The notes: generated by a model from the letters alone, not told the origin. DNA of 64,000 bases from Cyanophyceae cyanobacterium (GCA_050331735.1 JBHJGN010000016.1:46515-110514), one strand, 5' to 3'; shown: positions 9,612 to 19,925, counted from the stretch's first letter. Numbers and translations: made by a program.

Positions 9612-9827
9612 AATGCGGTCGCCCATCTGAATGCGGGACGCTGCATTCCGCAGTTCCCGCATGAGGAGCGACAGAAAACATCATCGGGGTTGCTCGATGA
9701 GCCTAGGAACCCTCGGCAGCTCAGTCTGTTCGAGTGGAGGAATGGTCAAGTAATTGGCTGTTCAGATTCTGCGACTGTAGCTTTAGCTCAATCGTAGAGT
9801 ATGTCAAAAGGACAAATGAGACAACCG
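9560..9827 (+). ncRNA. putative TnpB omega/reRNA (scaffold to 9807, guide from flanking 9808 to about 9827)
   Basis: Lies between the tnpB 3' end and the right end, as for known TnpB reRNAs; several stem-loops (9607-9618, 9631-9662, 9769-9797); 5' boundary is a guess. Confidence 0.55.
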
Positions 9828-10268
9828 CCCCATCTGTTCAGAGACTTTGTTGAGCTTATTCGCCAACCTTTACTGTCTTTTAATAAGTGTAAAGTCCTGT
9901 AAATATCAGGAGCCATGTTTTAAAGAAGGCCTTATCTTAATAAATAAGCACAGAGGCAAGCAAAGCTTAAAGGAAACAGAGATTAGAACTTGTGCTTCCC
10001 GTTCTCAATCTCACCGGCAACTCCTAGAGCTAGCGTCAATTTTAGATAGTTCTGCTTCTAATCTGCTAAGAGATTAATGCTAACAGATTAGTCAAAGTAG
10101 CCGCTATAAGTATCGCCTGAATCGGTGTTGTGATGCTAGCGAATTAAGAAGCTCTGTTGGTACGTCCACTCTAGTAATAACATTCTTCCTGTTTAGTTAG
10201 GAGTCCAAATCGCTTTTACGTCTTGTACACCCGATCGCCCGCCCTCCCTTGAAGGCGGGCAAATTGTT

Positions 10269-10901
10269 TTAAAGACAAAAGCTCTGGATTTGCTGCCAAA
10301 TCGTCGGCAATGTACTGGTTAACGTGTGATCGCTCTTCAGCTCAATTAATTCTACCCAAGGACGCTGACTAGCATAGTCTCGACTCGCCTGCACTGGAAT
10401 TACTTCATCCGAGCGTCCGTGAAGAATTAGCGTTGGCACAGGGCGCTGTAGCTGAAGTTCTGGGTACTGCTGGATATCAGGAACGAACTGATAGTGAAGC
10501 GGGAGACAGCGCCCCTCGCCGTAGTGATAGATTGATAAATACCCAGTTTCCTGCCATTGCTGAAGCCGACCTCCGAGTTGAGGCAACCAGTATTCCAGAA
10601 AGCTAAAAGCCGGGGCAAGAAGGACCAGTCGCTGTACCTGCTGATGCTGCTGCCCCAACCACGCTGCCGTTAAGCCCCCAAAACTAGAGCCAATAAGGGT
10701 GATTGGGGTAGACGCTGGAAATGCTGCTGCCGCCTGCTGCAATTGCCGGGTTAGCGTCAGATGCGAAAAATCCTCCTGATTCAGGTCGAGAATCTGAAGG
10801 TCAATGTGGCGTTGCCAAAAGCGATCGCGCAAGTACTGAGCCTTTGTTGACCGGGGACCAGAAGCAAAGCCGTGGAGGTAGATGTAGGCAGGTTGAACCA
10901 C
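10269..10901 (-). CDS. YqiA/YcfP-family alpha/beta hydrolase (esterase)
   Basis: YIYLHGFASGPRSTKA, GSSFGG nucleophile elbow, HGRSDEVIP. Confidence 0.85.
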   Translation of the reverse strand: MVQPAYIYLHGFASGPRSTKAQYLRDRFWQRHIDLQILDLNQEDFSHLTLTRQLQQAAAAFPASTPITLIGSSFGGLTAAWLGQQHQQVQRLVLLAPAFSFLEYWLPQLGGRLQQWQETGYLSIYHYGEGRCLPLHYQFVPDIQQYPELQLQRPVPTLILHGRSDEVIPVQASRDYASQRPWVELIELKSDHTLTSTLPTIWQQIQSFCL

Positions 10902-11039
10902 AATTTTATCAACGCTCTTAGCTCTTAGTTTCTAAGTTTTATACTAATCAGTTAGCGAATAGCTAAGGGCTAATCGCTATTCACTAGCTTGAAAGCCAAA
11001 AAGTGCTTAACTAAACTAGGGGAATGTGAGGAACTGCTT

Positions 11040-11327
11040 ATGCGCTGTGCTATTTCCAGTCGGGCTGGACAAATTCTTGCTAGAGGTCGGCTTGTTGTTC
11101 GTTCAGAAGAGGATGGATTAAGACTCTATTTTATGAGCGATCGCGGCACGACGATCGAGGGAGGACTGGCTGATGCTGATGGAGATTTAACTTCCGCAGG
11201 AGAAGTGCTGTTTGCAAAGCTGTTTGAAACCTGGGGGATGACAGATTTAACCCTGACGGCGATCGCCACAAGCGCCGAGGAAAAGCAAAAGCTACTGCGA
11301 GCTAAAGATGAAATTGAACTTCTCTAA
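11040..11327 (+). CDS. hypothetical protein
   Basis: ORF with GAGGA RBS before ATG 11040 (track start 10989 is probably too far upstream). Confidence 0.6.
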   Translation: MRCAISSRAGQILARGRLVVRSEEDGLRLYFMSDRGTTIEGGLADADGDLTSAGEVLFAKLFETWGMTDLTLTAIATSAEEKQKLLRAKDEIELL

Positions 11328-11530
11328 GAAGAGCCTGTGGAGGTCAGAATTGTGACGACAACGGATCCGGTTCTAAATCTCAGCGAGATTCTCAACAGAA
11401 CGAGGTCAAATCCTGTATAGTGCCTAGTTAGCAGCTTGTAGTATGTTCGAGCAGCGATCGCTCCTGATGGAAAATATTCCGCTTCGGGAGACATAATTGT
11501 TCAGTTTTGCATTTTGAACTTTGAATTGAC

Positions 11531-12727
11531 ATGGTTCCGTTCAGCTTGTGCATGATTGTCAAAAACGAAGAGGCAGCTCTACCACAGTGTTTAGAAAGCG
11601 TTCAGAATGTCGTTGACGAGATGGTGGTGCTGGATACTGGCTCTACCGATCAAACCATAGCAGTTGCCCAAAGCTTCGGGGCTAGGGTCCACACCTTTGA
11701 GTGGGACGGTAGTTTCGCTTCGGCACGGAATCAGGCACTTCAGCACGTGCAGGGAGACTGGGTGTTGGTGCTGGATGCCGATGAGGTTCTCAGACCAGAA
11801 GTGGTGCCGCTGATGCAGCAGGCAATGGCAGTGGAAAACAATTTAGTGATTAATCTATTACGACAGGAAATTGGAGCCGTACAGTCACCCTATTCTTCGG
11901 TGTCTCGCCTATTTCGCCGTCACCCGCAGATTTACTTTTCCCGCCCCTACCACGCCATGATAGATGACAGTGTGGCACAGCTTTGGCAGCAAGAACCTCA
12001 CTGGCAAATCGTTGAGCTATCAACCGTAGCCATTTTGCACTACGGCTATCAGCCAGGAGTCATTACCGCTCAAGATAAGTACGCGAAAGCCAGACAAGCT
12101 ATGGAAGGGTTTCTGGCGACTCACCCAGACGATCCCTATACCTGTAGTAAGCTGGGAGGACTTTACTTGCAAATGGGTCAAGTTGAGGAAGCGATCGCTC
12201 TCCTGACGCGAGGACTAACCGCCCAGGGAGATGCTCCTGTGCTGTTTGAGCTTCACTATCACCTTGGTAATGCCTATCGTACCCAAGATTCCAATCAAGC
12301 CGTTCAGCACTACCAGCGGGCGATCGCCCAGCCGATTCTGCCGAGATTAAAGCTCGGAGCCTACAATAATCTCGGTGCGTTGCTCCAGGCAGCCGGCGAA
12401 GGCCAAGCTGCCCAGAAAATTTATCAAATGGCGTTAGCAATTGACCCCAGTTTTGCCGTTGGATACTACAACTTGGGGATGACCCTTAAGGCCCAGGGAC
12501 GTTATTCAGAAGCGATTACCGCTTATCGGCAAGCCATTCGCCTCGAACCTCACTACGGGTTTGCCTACCAAAATTTAGGAGTCGCTTTGTTTAAACTGGG
12601 TCAGCTTCCGGAAAGTCAGGAGGCCTTCACCACCGCTATCCGTCTTCACGAAGCGCAAAATCCCCCAGAGGCGCAGAGACTCCGCCAAGGATTGCAGGCG
12701 CTCGGCCTGAGTCCTGCTACTTGGTGA
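11531..12727 (+). CDS. GT2 glycosyltransferase with C-terminal TPR repeats
   Basis: SLCMIVKNEE, DTGSTD, VLDADE; TPR motifs (YYNLGMTLKAQGRYSEAITAYRQAIRLEP). Confidence 0.9.
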   Translation: MVPFSLCMIVKNEEAALPQCLESVQNVVDEMVVLDTGSTDQTIAVAQSFGARVHTFEWDGSFASARNQALQHVQGDWVLVLDADEVLRPEVVPLMQQAMAVENNLVINLLRQEIGAVQSPYSSVSRLFRRHPQIYFSRPYHAMIDDSVAQLWQQEPHWQIVELSTVAILHYGYQPGVITAQDKYAKARQAMEGFLATHPDDPYTCSKLGGLYLQMGQVEEAIALLTRGLTAQGDAPVLFELHYHLGNAYRTQDSNQAVQHYQRAIAQPILPRLKLGAYNNLGALLQAAGEGQAAQKIYQMALAIDPSFAVGYYNLGMTLKAQGRYSEAITAYRQAIRLEPHYGFAYQNLGVALFKLGQLPESQEAFTTAIRLHEAQNPPEAQRLRQGLQALGLSPATW

Positions 12728-12837
12728 CAGCAAGGACTAACAGCCCTCTTCCTTGCTTCTCTGTGTTCTAGAATAGGCTATCATTCCCTCTCTCGATCTC
12801 TTGTCAGGAACACTTCACAAGCTGGACACTTCCACCG

Positions 12838-14280
12838 ATGCTCAAGCAACTTCTCCCCATCGATCGCCTTGCTCTCTCCTTAATGCTCGTCTTGAGTGTG
12901 ATGATTGGAGTATTAGTGTGGGGAGGAGAAGCGTGCGGCACAAACTGCTTGTTCCGTTTTGGATCTCCCATTCAATTTAGCTGGCAAAATCAAGAGATTA
13001 GCGCAGAGGATCAGGCATTTATTTTAACCTTTGAGCGCCCAGTCGATCGAGAAAGCGTTGAGCAAAATTTAGCGCTTGAGCCAGTACTCCCCGGCAAGAT
13101 TAGCTGGGCCGGGAAAAGACTAGCCTACACCTTAGAAACCCCGGCTCCTTACGGCGAATCCTACCGAGTCTTTTTGCAGGGAGTCAAGGTAGCCGCTAAT
13201 GAGGAAACACTGCCGCCCTTTGAAGGACAGTTTAGTACCCGCGATCGCGCTTTTGCCTATATCGGGAGCGAAGCAGAAGAACAGGGACGATTAATCTTCT
13301 TTAACCTCACCAGAAAAGCGAAAACGATTTTAACGCCTGCCGATTTAGTGGTCAGCGATTTCCAGTTCTATTCCCAAGGAAACAAAATTCTGTTCTCTGC
13401 TGCTCCATCTGATGCTAGCAATACGCTCCAGTCTTTGCGACTGTATACCGTTTCAATGAATGAACAGCCCCAGATAGAGTTACTGCTAGACAATCAACAC
13501 TATCAAAATCATCAGTTTGAGATTACCCCGGATGGTCAATCCGTTGTGGTTCAGCGGGTCAATCAACAAAATCCAGCAGATTTTGGGTTGTGGCTGATTA
13601 CCCCCGACCGAGAGCCCCGTCCGCTTAACATCTCTGGGGGAGAATTTTTAATTGCGCCGGACGGTCAAACTCTGGCTGTCGCTCAAGGAGAAGGCATCGG
13701 CTTGTTCCCCCTAGAGCCAGGGGCAGAACCGCTCAATTTTCTACCGCAGTTTGGTAAAGTTCTTAACTTTTCTCCCGATGGTTCTGCTGCCGCCATGGTA
13801 AATTTCAACACCAACGATCCGCAGCGTCGCTATACGCGATCGCTCTACTACGTCACTAATCAAGGGGAACAGAAAGAGCTGCTCAATATTAAAGGTTCTA
13901 TTGTCGATTGTCAGTTCGCACCGACCTCCACTGCTCTATACTGTCTGCTGACTGAGCTACTAGAGAAAGAGGAATACCAAGAGCAACCTTATTTTGCCAA
14001 AATCGATCTCCAAACCGCCACCATTCAGCCAGTGTTCACTCTCCCCGATTACCAAGACATCGAGGTTAGTTTAGCTCCCGATGGTTTAGGCTTGCTGTTC
14101 GATCAGATAGTGACCGCAGACATCCCCATGACTGATGCCCCCATTGCTGATTCTGGTGAAGCGATTGTGAGTAGTCGTCTGTGGATGCTGATTCTTCCTG
14201 CCGCGCATCTATCTGAGAATAGTCAACCCCAACTAGAGCCCCTACCGCTAGCAGGCATTCGTCCCCAGTGGATGCCCTGA
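12838..14280 (+). CDS. membrane-anchored Ig-like domain / TolB-like beta-propeller protein
   Basis: N-terminal TM helix, 'LTFERPVDRESVE' Ig-like segment, repeated (S/T/A)PDG blade motifs. Confidence 0.7.
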   Translation: MLKQLLPIDRLALSLMLVLSVMIGVLVWGGEACGTNCLFRFGSPIQFSWQNQEISAEDQAFILTFERPVDRESVEQNLALEPVLPGKISWAGKRLAYTLETPAPYGESYRVFLQGVKVAANEETLPPFEGQFSTRDRAFAYIGSEAEEQGRLIFFNLTRKAKTILTPADLVVSDFQFYSQGNKILFSAAPSDASNTLQSLRLYTVSMNEQPQIELLLDNQHYQNHQFEITPDGQSVVVQRVNQQNPADFGLWLITPDREPRPLNISGGEFLIAPDGQTLAVAQGEGIGLFPLEPGAEPLNFLPQFGKVLNFSPDGSAAAMVNFNTNDPQRRYTRSLYYVTNQGEQKELLNIKGSIVDCQFAPTSTALYCLLTELLEKEEYQEQPYFAKIDLQTATIQPVFTLPDYQDIEVSLAPDGLGLLFDQIVTADIPMTDAPIADSGEAIVSSRLWMLILPAAHLSENSQPQLEPLPLAGIRPQWMP

Positions 14281-15217
14281 CGGATGCTGACCGATGTTTG
14301 AAAAAACTGAACGACCTCCAGCGAACAACTAGCATTAGCAACTCTTTCCTCCTGCAAAGCTGCACATCACGCCTTCTGCCTTGCACCGGAGGGTCAGGAC
14401 AATCATCCTACAGCCGATGCGATCTCTTTGTTAATGAGAGTAATACCAATTAGAAAAAGTAATAGGAGACTTGATGAGTTGGGGGAAAGCGTTAAAGGAA
14501 GCACAGCAGCTCTTTGCCCTAGAACCTCCAATGCTTCGATAGTTAAAGGATCTATATCACTATTTTCCGTAAATGGTATAACGCTATGCCTGCATTTTCC
14601 GCTTGCTGAAACATTTTTCCTTTGTTATTCTCTCAACTCACAAAAAAGGAATAAAGACTCTGAGCGCGACAAGAAGAGAGCAGCTATCCTTTTGAGCAAT
14701 AATACTGACAGTGAGCTCTTGCTTATTTTAATTTGCGTGGTATTACAATTGCTCTTTTCCTATCTTGGCTTTGTAATCTGCAATCTTTTAATGCTTTTGA
14801 CGAATCAACAAACTCTGTACAAAAGCATTGTTTCTAAAACACTTTTTCTGGATGACAAGTGGCAAGGTTGCCATTCATTTGAATCTTGCAACTAATTAAG
14901 CTTTTAACTTTTTAGGTTTTCAACATTTCCTGATTAGTTTTGTCTTTCTGCTGGTGCAGCGAGCTAAGTAATCCGTGTACGCACTGACACATCAAGGTTA
15001 AAGCCTGAAAAATCAGTAGTATTACAATTTTTTCTTGCTGGCTCTGTTTTTACGATTGAAACCGAGAAGTGGATCTTTACCGAGTATCGGCTATCGAAAT
15101 ATTGAGTTTTCAATTCTTTTCTCATTCAATGGGTGTTCATCGCTGAACGCAGTTTGGGATTTTAATCATTACCAAAAAAAATATTAACAAGATTCGTTAC
15201 TTAAACTATTTGCACCT

Positions 15218-18200
15218 ATGTCTAACAACTCATCTTTTCAAGATTATTTTGAAACTATTGATTCACTTTTTAGCACTAACTTAAGTGAGGATTTGGCCAA
15301 TAGTGGCATGAGCGGGGAATTAGACAACGCGAATATTCAGCTCGCCTCATTTCAAGATTCCTCAACTGCTCAGCTTCTTCGTGAAATGACTCCTGAAGCA
15401 CCCAAGCCCAATCCTCTTCAGCAGTCAGAGAAGCGCCGCAATTTAGCATCGATCCAGCCCGAAGCGCTGCTCGACCGTTTCGCTGATATTCGCCAACGGG
15501 CTCAACAGAATGACTTTCAAGAGCAGCTTAGCGCTAACAATGCCACACAGCGTTCTACAAACATACTAGCCGAAAAGATAGGCTGGCTCGGCAATGGTGG
15601 CCAGTCAACTATGGAGCACTTGCTCATCTGTAGCTGTGCCTATTGCCACAATCCTGTCTTTGAGACTCCAGAAGTTGAGCGATCGCCTCAGCCAAGTGGT
15701 TCTGCTGTTGAGGTGAGTCAGGCGCTAGCAGCACTACCGCTATTGAGCAGCAATCCGAATGCAGACGCTAAAATCTATCTCGACTTTAATGGACACGTCA
15801 CCTCTAATACTTATTGGAACTCCAAGTACAAGGACGGTCAAGATTTTACAACTCCCGCGTATGATACTGATTCGGATACCAGTACCTTCAGTAGCTCTGA
15901 ACTCGGCAGAATTGAAAAAATCTGGCAGCGAGTAGCCGAAGATTATGCTCCATTTAACGTTGACATTACCACCATCGACCCGGGGGATTTTTCTGCCAAG
16001 TCAGGATTGCGGGTTGTCATTGGTGGTTCCTCAAAAAGTTGGTTCGGCAAAAGCGCCGGTGGCGTCGCCTTCATCAACTCGTGGCGGTGGAGTAGTGATA
16101 CTCCTGTGTATGTTTTTGAAAATCAGTTGGGCAACGGCAACATTAAGTATACAGCCGAAGCTATTTCCCACGAAGTGGGCCACGCCCTGGGCTTGTATCA
16201 TCAAAGTTCCTACAGTGCCAGCGGAGAGAAAACGTCTGAATATTATTCCGGTAGTGGTAAGGGAGAGACAGGTTGGGCTCCCATTATGGGAAACAGCTAC
16301 TCCAAAAATCTTACCACCTGGCATAACGGGACTAATAGCAAAGGCTCGGAGTCCTACCAGGATGAGCTCGCCATCATCGCTTCAGATACGAACGGATTTG
16401 GCTATCGCGCTGACGACCACGGCAATACCAATGCCTCCGCAACACAACTAATCGGCAGTGAGACGGTTAGCGGTGCAGGCATTATCAGCACCAAAAACGA
16501 TGTCGATGTATTTTCCTTCCAAACGGGGGCGGGAGACGTTAGTTTTGATATTGACGTGGCGACCGAAGGCGCCAACTTAGATATTGTTGCCGAGCTGTAC
16601 CAAGGTAACAAGCGACTGCTGCGCAATAATCCAACGGACAAACTCGATGCGAGCTTGAGTACCTTTCTAGAGGCGGGGACATACTCCCTCCACATCAAAA
16701 GCAACGGCGATTACGGACGACTGGGCCAATACACGCTGCAAGGCAACATTAATCCTCTAAGCCAGCCTGACCCAATTCTCTCCGTCAGCGACGTCACCAT
16801 CAGCGAAGGAAACAGTGACGAGGCTCAAGCACTAGTGACGGTAGAGTTGAATCAGCCATCCTCGAAACCAGTAGCTGTAAAGTACACCACGGTAGATGGG
16901 AGTGCGATCGCCGCTGAAGATTACGTGGCTCAAAACGGCACTCTCACCTTCAATCCCGGTCAGACTCGCCAAACAATTGCCGTTGACATCCTAGGCGATT
17001 TGCAAGCGGAGGACACCGAGACTTTCTCGCTTCAGTTTAGTCAAGCCACTAACGGACAGCTTTCCGATCCCGTCGCGACAGTTGCGATTCTCGATGATGA
17101 TGTAGCAGACTCCGTTACCGCAACCATCGCTGAAATTGGCCGAGTAGAGGCGATTAACCACCAGCAGCAAACCATTGTGCTTGACCAACGCTATACCAAT
17201 CCGGTCGTTTTTGCCCAACCTCTGTCTCGCAATGGCGGTCAAACTGCCACAGTTCGCATCGACAATATTCAAAGCGATCGCTTTACGGCCTCCATTCAAG
17301 AACCCGGTAATTTAGATAACTGGCATACCTCAGAAAGCTTTAGCTACCTGGTCGTCGAAGCCGGAACTTGGCAGCTAGCAGACGGCACTTTTTTAGAAGC
17401 TGGCACCTTAAACACCAATGCCACCACCACAGATGCTTGGGCAACGGTTAACTGGGAGACAGACTTCGACGGAACTCCAGTAGTCCTGAGTAACCTACAG
17501 ACTGACAATGATGCTGACTTCATGAACCTACGCCAGAAAAACATTGGGGCTGACGGCTTCCAAGTGGCGCTAGAAAAAGAAGAGGCGCTCAAAGGCTCTT
17601 CCTCTGCAACAGAAACGGTTGGCTGGCTAGCCATTTCCTCCGGGCAAGGCCAATTCAACGATCTCACCTACGAAGCAGGCTACACCGGAGATACTCTCAC
17701 CCATCGGTGGCATACTTTAAACTTTGAGCAAAGCTTTGCAGAGGAACCAAAACTCTTAGCTTCTATCAGCAGCTTCGACGGTGGCGATCCGGTCGGATTG
17801 CGCTACGAGAAACTGACCACGACAGGAGTCAAGCTCATGCTTGATGAAGATACTAGCCGAGACACAGAAACGGACCACACCAGCGAAAACGTGGGCTATT
17901 TAGCCATCGAAGGCAGCGGATTACTGACAGGCCAAGCGATTGAGCCTTTGACCGGAAAAGCGAGCACCGCTGAAGCGCTCGTTGGGGAAGCGGACATTCT
18001 CATGGGGTCCGCCAACTCAGATCGGTTTACTCTCCGTCCCAAGGAGCAAAGTGACGATCGTCCTTATCTCATTGTCGACTTCGATCCCAGTCAAGACATG
18101 ATTCAACTATACGGCAGTGCAGACGCTTATACCCTACGGGCAGCTTCCGGTATGTCAGGCACCGCTATCTATCATACGCAGCAAGACGAACTTGTTGGGG

Positions 18201-18250
18201 TAGTGGCAGGAGAAACTCTTGGACTTGATTCCTTGAGCTTTATCTCATAG
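15218..18250 (+). CDS. secreted zinc metalloprotease (metzincin) with PPC, Calx-beta and three lectin-like repeats
   Basis: HEVGHALGLYH zinc motif and Met-turn PIMG; 'DVDVFSF' PPC domain; Calx-beta 'ISEGN...GTLTFNPGQT'. Confidence 0.85.
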   Translation: MSNNSSFQDYFETIDSLFSTNLSEDLANSGMSGELDNANIQLASFQDSSTAQLLREMTPEAPKPNPLQQSEKRRNLASIQPEALLDRFADIRQRAQQNDFQEQLSANNATQRSTNILAEKIGWLGNGGQSTMEHLLICSCAYCHNPVFETPEVERSPQPSGSAVEVSQALAALPLLSSNPNADAKIYLDFNGHVTSNTYWNSKYKDGQDFTTPAYDTDSDTSTFSSSELGRIEKIWQRVAEDYAPFNVDITTIDPGDFSAKSGLRVVIGGSSKSWFGKSAGGVAFINSWRWSSDTPVYVFENQLGNGNIKYTAEAISHEVGHALGLYHQSSYSASGEKTSEYYSGSGKGETGWAPIMGNSYSKNLTTWHNGTNSKGSESYQDELAIIASDTNGFGYRADDHGNTNASATQLIGSETVSGAGIISTKNDVDVFSFQTGAGDVSFDIDVATEGANLDIVAELYQGNKRLLRNNPTDKLDASLSTFLEAGTYSLHIKSNGDYGRLGQYTLQGNINPLSQPDPILSVSDVTISEGNSDEAQALVTVELNQPSSKPVAVKYTTVDGSAIAAEDYVAQNGTLTFNPGQTRQTIAVDILGDLQAEDTETFSLQFSQATNGQLSDPVATVAILDDDVADSVTATIAEIGRVEAINHQQQTIVLDQRYTNPVVFAQPLSRNGGQTATVRIDNIQSDRFTASIQEPGNLDNWHTSESFSYLVVEAGTWQLADGTFLEAGTLNTNATTTDAWATVNWETDFDGTPVVLSNLQTDNDADFMNLRQKNIGADGFQVALEKEEALKGSSSATETVGWLAISSGQGQFNDLTYEAGYTGDTLTHRWHTLNFEQSFAEEPKLLASISSFDGGDPVGLRYEKLTTTGVKLMLDEDTSRDTETDHTSENVGYLAIEGSGLLTGQAIEPLTGKASTAEALVGEADILMGSANSDRFTLRPKEQSDDRPYLIVDFDPSQDMIQLYGSADAYTLRAASGMSGTAIYHTQQDELVGVVAGETLGLDSLSFIS

Positions 18251-18259
18251 GTTCCTCCA

Positions 18260-18441
18260 GGACGGGGCAAGAATACAGGAGCAAGGAATAAGCTGAGTCC
18301 CCCTCCCTTGGCCCTTTTCCCTGCGCCGTGCCTCCTGCGGAAGAACTGCGTAAACGCGTTAGCGTCTCCGCAGGAGAAGGCGCTTCCCCTTTCCCCGTTG
18401 CGGAGCACCTGTTTGCCCCTTTTCCCGCGCTCACGGCGCTA
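18260..18441. repeat. dispersed G/C-rich repeat with internal palindrome
   Basis: TTTTCCC runs, ctcctgcgga/tccgcaggag stem (18332-18376), end motif tttcccgcgctcacggcgct shared with 35098-35119 and 61799-61818. Confidence 0.6.
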
Positions 18442-18581
18442 ACGTATTGCCCGATACAAAACCTCGTCAAGAGTCAGTTTTTCCTGTTCCTCTTTGGCAA
18501 TCTTTGACTTTTAATTTTAATTATGTACCGGACAGTCATACACTTGACTTGGAAGGTATTGGCAGTCGAGAGGTTTATTTA

Positions 18582-19871
18582 GTGAAAAACGTATTAGGCA
18601 TTATCCTGGGAGGAGGCGCAGGAACCCGTCTCTACCCACTAACCAAGCTACGGGCGAAACCTGCCGTTCCTCTGGCAGGTAAATATCGACTTATTGATAT
18701 TCCCGTTAGTAACTGTATTAATTCGGAAATTACAAAGATTTATGTACTAACTCAATATAATTCAGCTTCTTTAAACCGTCACTTGACTCGGACTTACAGC
18801 TTTCCTGGTTTTACTGAAGGGTTTGTTGAGGTGTTAGCCGCTCAGCAGACGGCTGAGAATGACGGCTGGTTTCAGGGAACGGCTGATGCTGTCCGCCAGT
18901 ATCTGTGGCTGATGCGGGAATGGAAGGTCGATGAACATCTCATTCTGTCAGGCGACCATCTTTACCGAATGGACTATCGCCACTTTATCGAGCATCATCG
19001 CGCCACCGACGCTGATATTACCCTATCTGTTCTTCCAATCGATGAAAAGCGCGCCTCTAGCTTTGGCTTGATGAAGATCGACGATAACGGCAGAATCATC
19101 GACTTTAGCGAGAAACCGAAAGGGGACGCTCTCAAGCAAATGCAGGTTGATACGACTACGTTAGGATTATCATCAGAGCTAGCGAAAGAAAGTCCCTACA
19201 TTGCTTCGATGGGAATTTACGTCTTCAAAAAAGATGTCTTGATTAAGCTACTCGAAGAAAATCCAGAGCAAACCGATTTCGGGAAAGAAATTCTGCCTAG
19301 TTCTGCTACAGACTACAACGTTCAAGCTTACCTATATAAAGATTACTGGGAAGATATTGGAACCATTGAAGCTTTCTATGAGGCGAACTTGGCTCTGACA
19401 CAACAGCCTCAGCCACCCTTCAGTTTCTACGACGAAACGGCCCCCATTTATACTCGCGCTCGTTATTTACCGCCGACCAAAATCCTTAACAGCGAAATCA
19501 CTGAGTCGATGGTTAGTGAAGGCTGTATTGTGAAAAATTGCCGCATTCATCACTGCGTACTGGGTATTCGCAGTCGCGTAGAAGCCGACTGCACAATTGA
19601 AGACAGCTTGCTCATGGGGGCAGACTTCTACGAACCCTTTGCTGAGCGCGAATCCGGAATGCAGAGTGGTCGAGTTCCTGTTGGCATTGGTTCTGGATCG
19701 ACAATCCGTAAAGCCATTGTTGATAAAAACGCTCGCATTGGTCGAAACACGGTTATTACCAATAAAGATAGAGTAGAAGAATCTAACCGCGAAGACGAAG
19801 GATTCTATATTCGCAGTGGTGTCACCGTCATCTTAAAGAACGCGACTATTCCCGATGGTACTGTCATTTAA
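18582..19871 (+). CDS. glgC: glucose-1-phosphate adenylyltransferase (ADP-glucose pyrophosphorylase)
   Basis: [43 protein letters not shown] at 18582 with GAGG RBS gives 429 aa. Confidence 0.97.
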   Translation: MKNVLGIILGGGAGTRLYPLTKLRAKPAVPLAGKYRLIDIPVSNCINSEITKIYVLTQYNSASLNRHLTRTYSFPGFTEGFVEVLAAQQTAENDGWFQGTADAVRQYLWLMREWKVDEHLILSGDHLYRMDYRHFIEHHRATDADITLSVLPIDEKRASSFGLMKIDDNGRIIDFSEKPKGDALKQMQVDTTTLGLSSELAKESPYIASMGIYVFKKDVLIKLLEENPEQTDFGKEILPSSATDYNVQAYLYKDYWEDIGTIEAFYEANLALTQQPQPPFSFYDETAPIYTRARYLPPTKILNSEITESMVSEGCIVKNCRIHHCVLGIRSRVEADCTIEDSLLMGADFYEPFAERESGMQSGRVPVGIGSGSTIRKAIVDKNARIGRNTVITNKDRVEESNREDEGFYIRSGVTVILKNATIPDGTVI

Positions 19872-19899
19872 GGGGATGCTGTAAATTGAGTCAGCGTTG

Positions 19900-19925
19900 G
19901 GGTAGAGTGGCCGCTCTGCCCTTTT
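19900..19925 (+). terminator. rho-independent terminator after glgC
   Basis: gggtagagtgg-ccgctctgccc-tttt. Confidence 0.6.

Larger units (their letters stand above)
7733..9807 (+). mobile_element. IS200/IS605-family insertion sequence (divergent tnpA-tnpB), apparently complete
   Basis: tnpA and tnpB; left-end hairpin ctgcgacca/tggtcgtag (7752-7780) preceded by GGTG at +16..+19; CCAC directly 5' of the left end; right-end hairpin ctgcga/tcgtag (9769-9797) preceded by GATT and ending in TCAA (9804-9807). Confidence 0.85.

Noticed and set aside
9609..9662. Selenocysteine recoding of the tnpB TGA (a hairpin follows it)
   Set aside because: No redox-motif context, the hairpins are explained by the reRNA region, and no Sec machinery is visible in the window
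10910..10990. Short TAGC-rich heptamer-like runs (also 51577-51620)
   Set aside because: Degenerate short tandem repeats common in cyanobacterial intergenic DNA; no further structure
14428..14895. 155-aa ORF in the intergenic region
   Set aside because: TTG start, AT-rich, no RBS or motif; probably spurious
18447..18581. N-terminal extension of GlgC in the ORF track (likewise PsaF from 37463, the HAD gene from 56431 and TnpA from 8276)
   Set aside because: Downstream starts, mostly with a clear RBS, give family-typical N-termini and lengths
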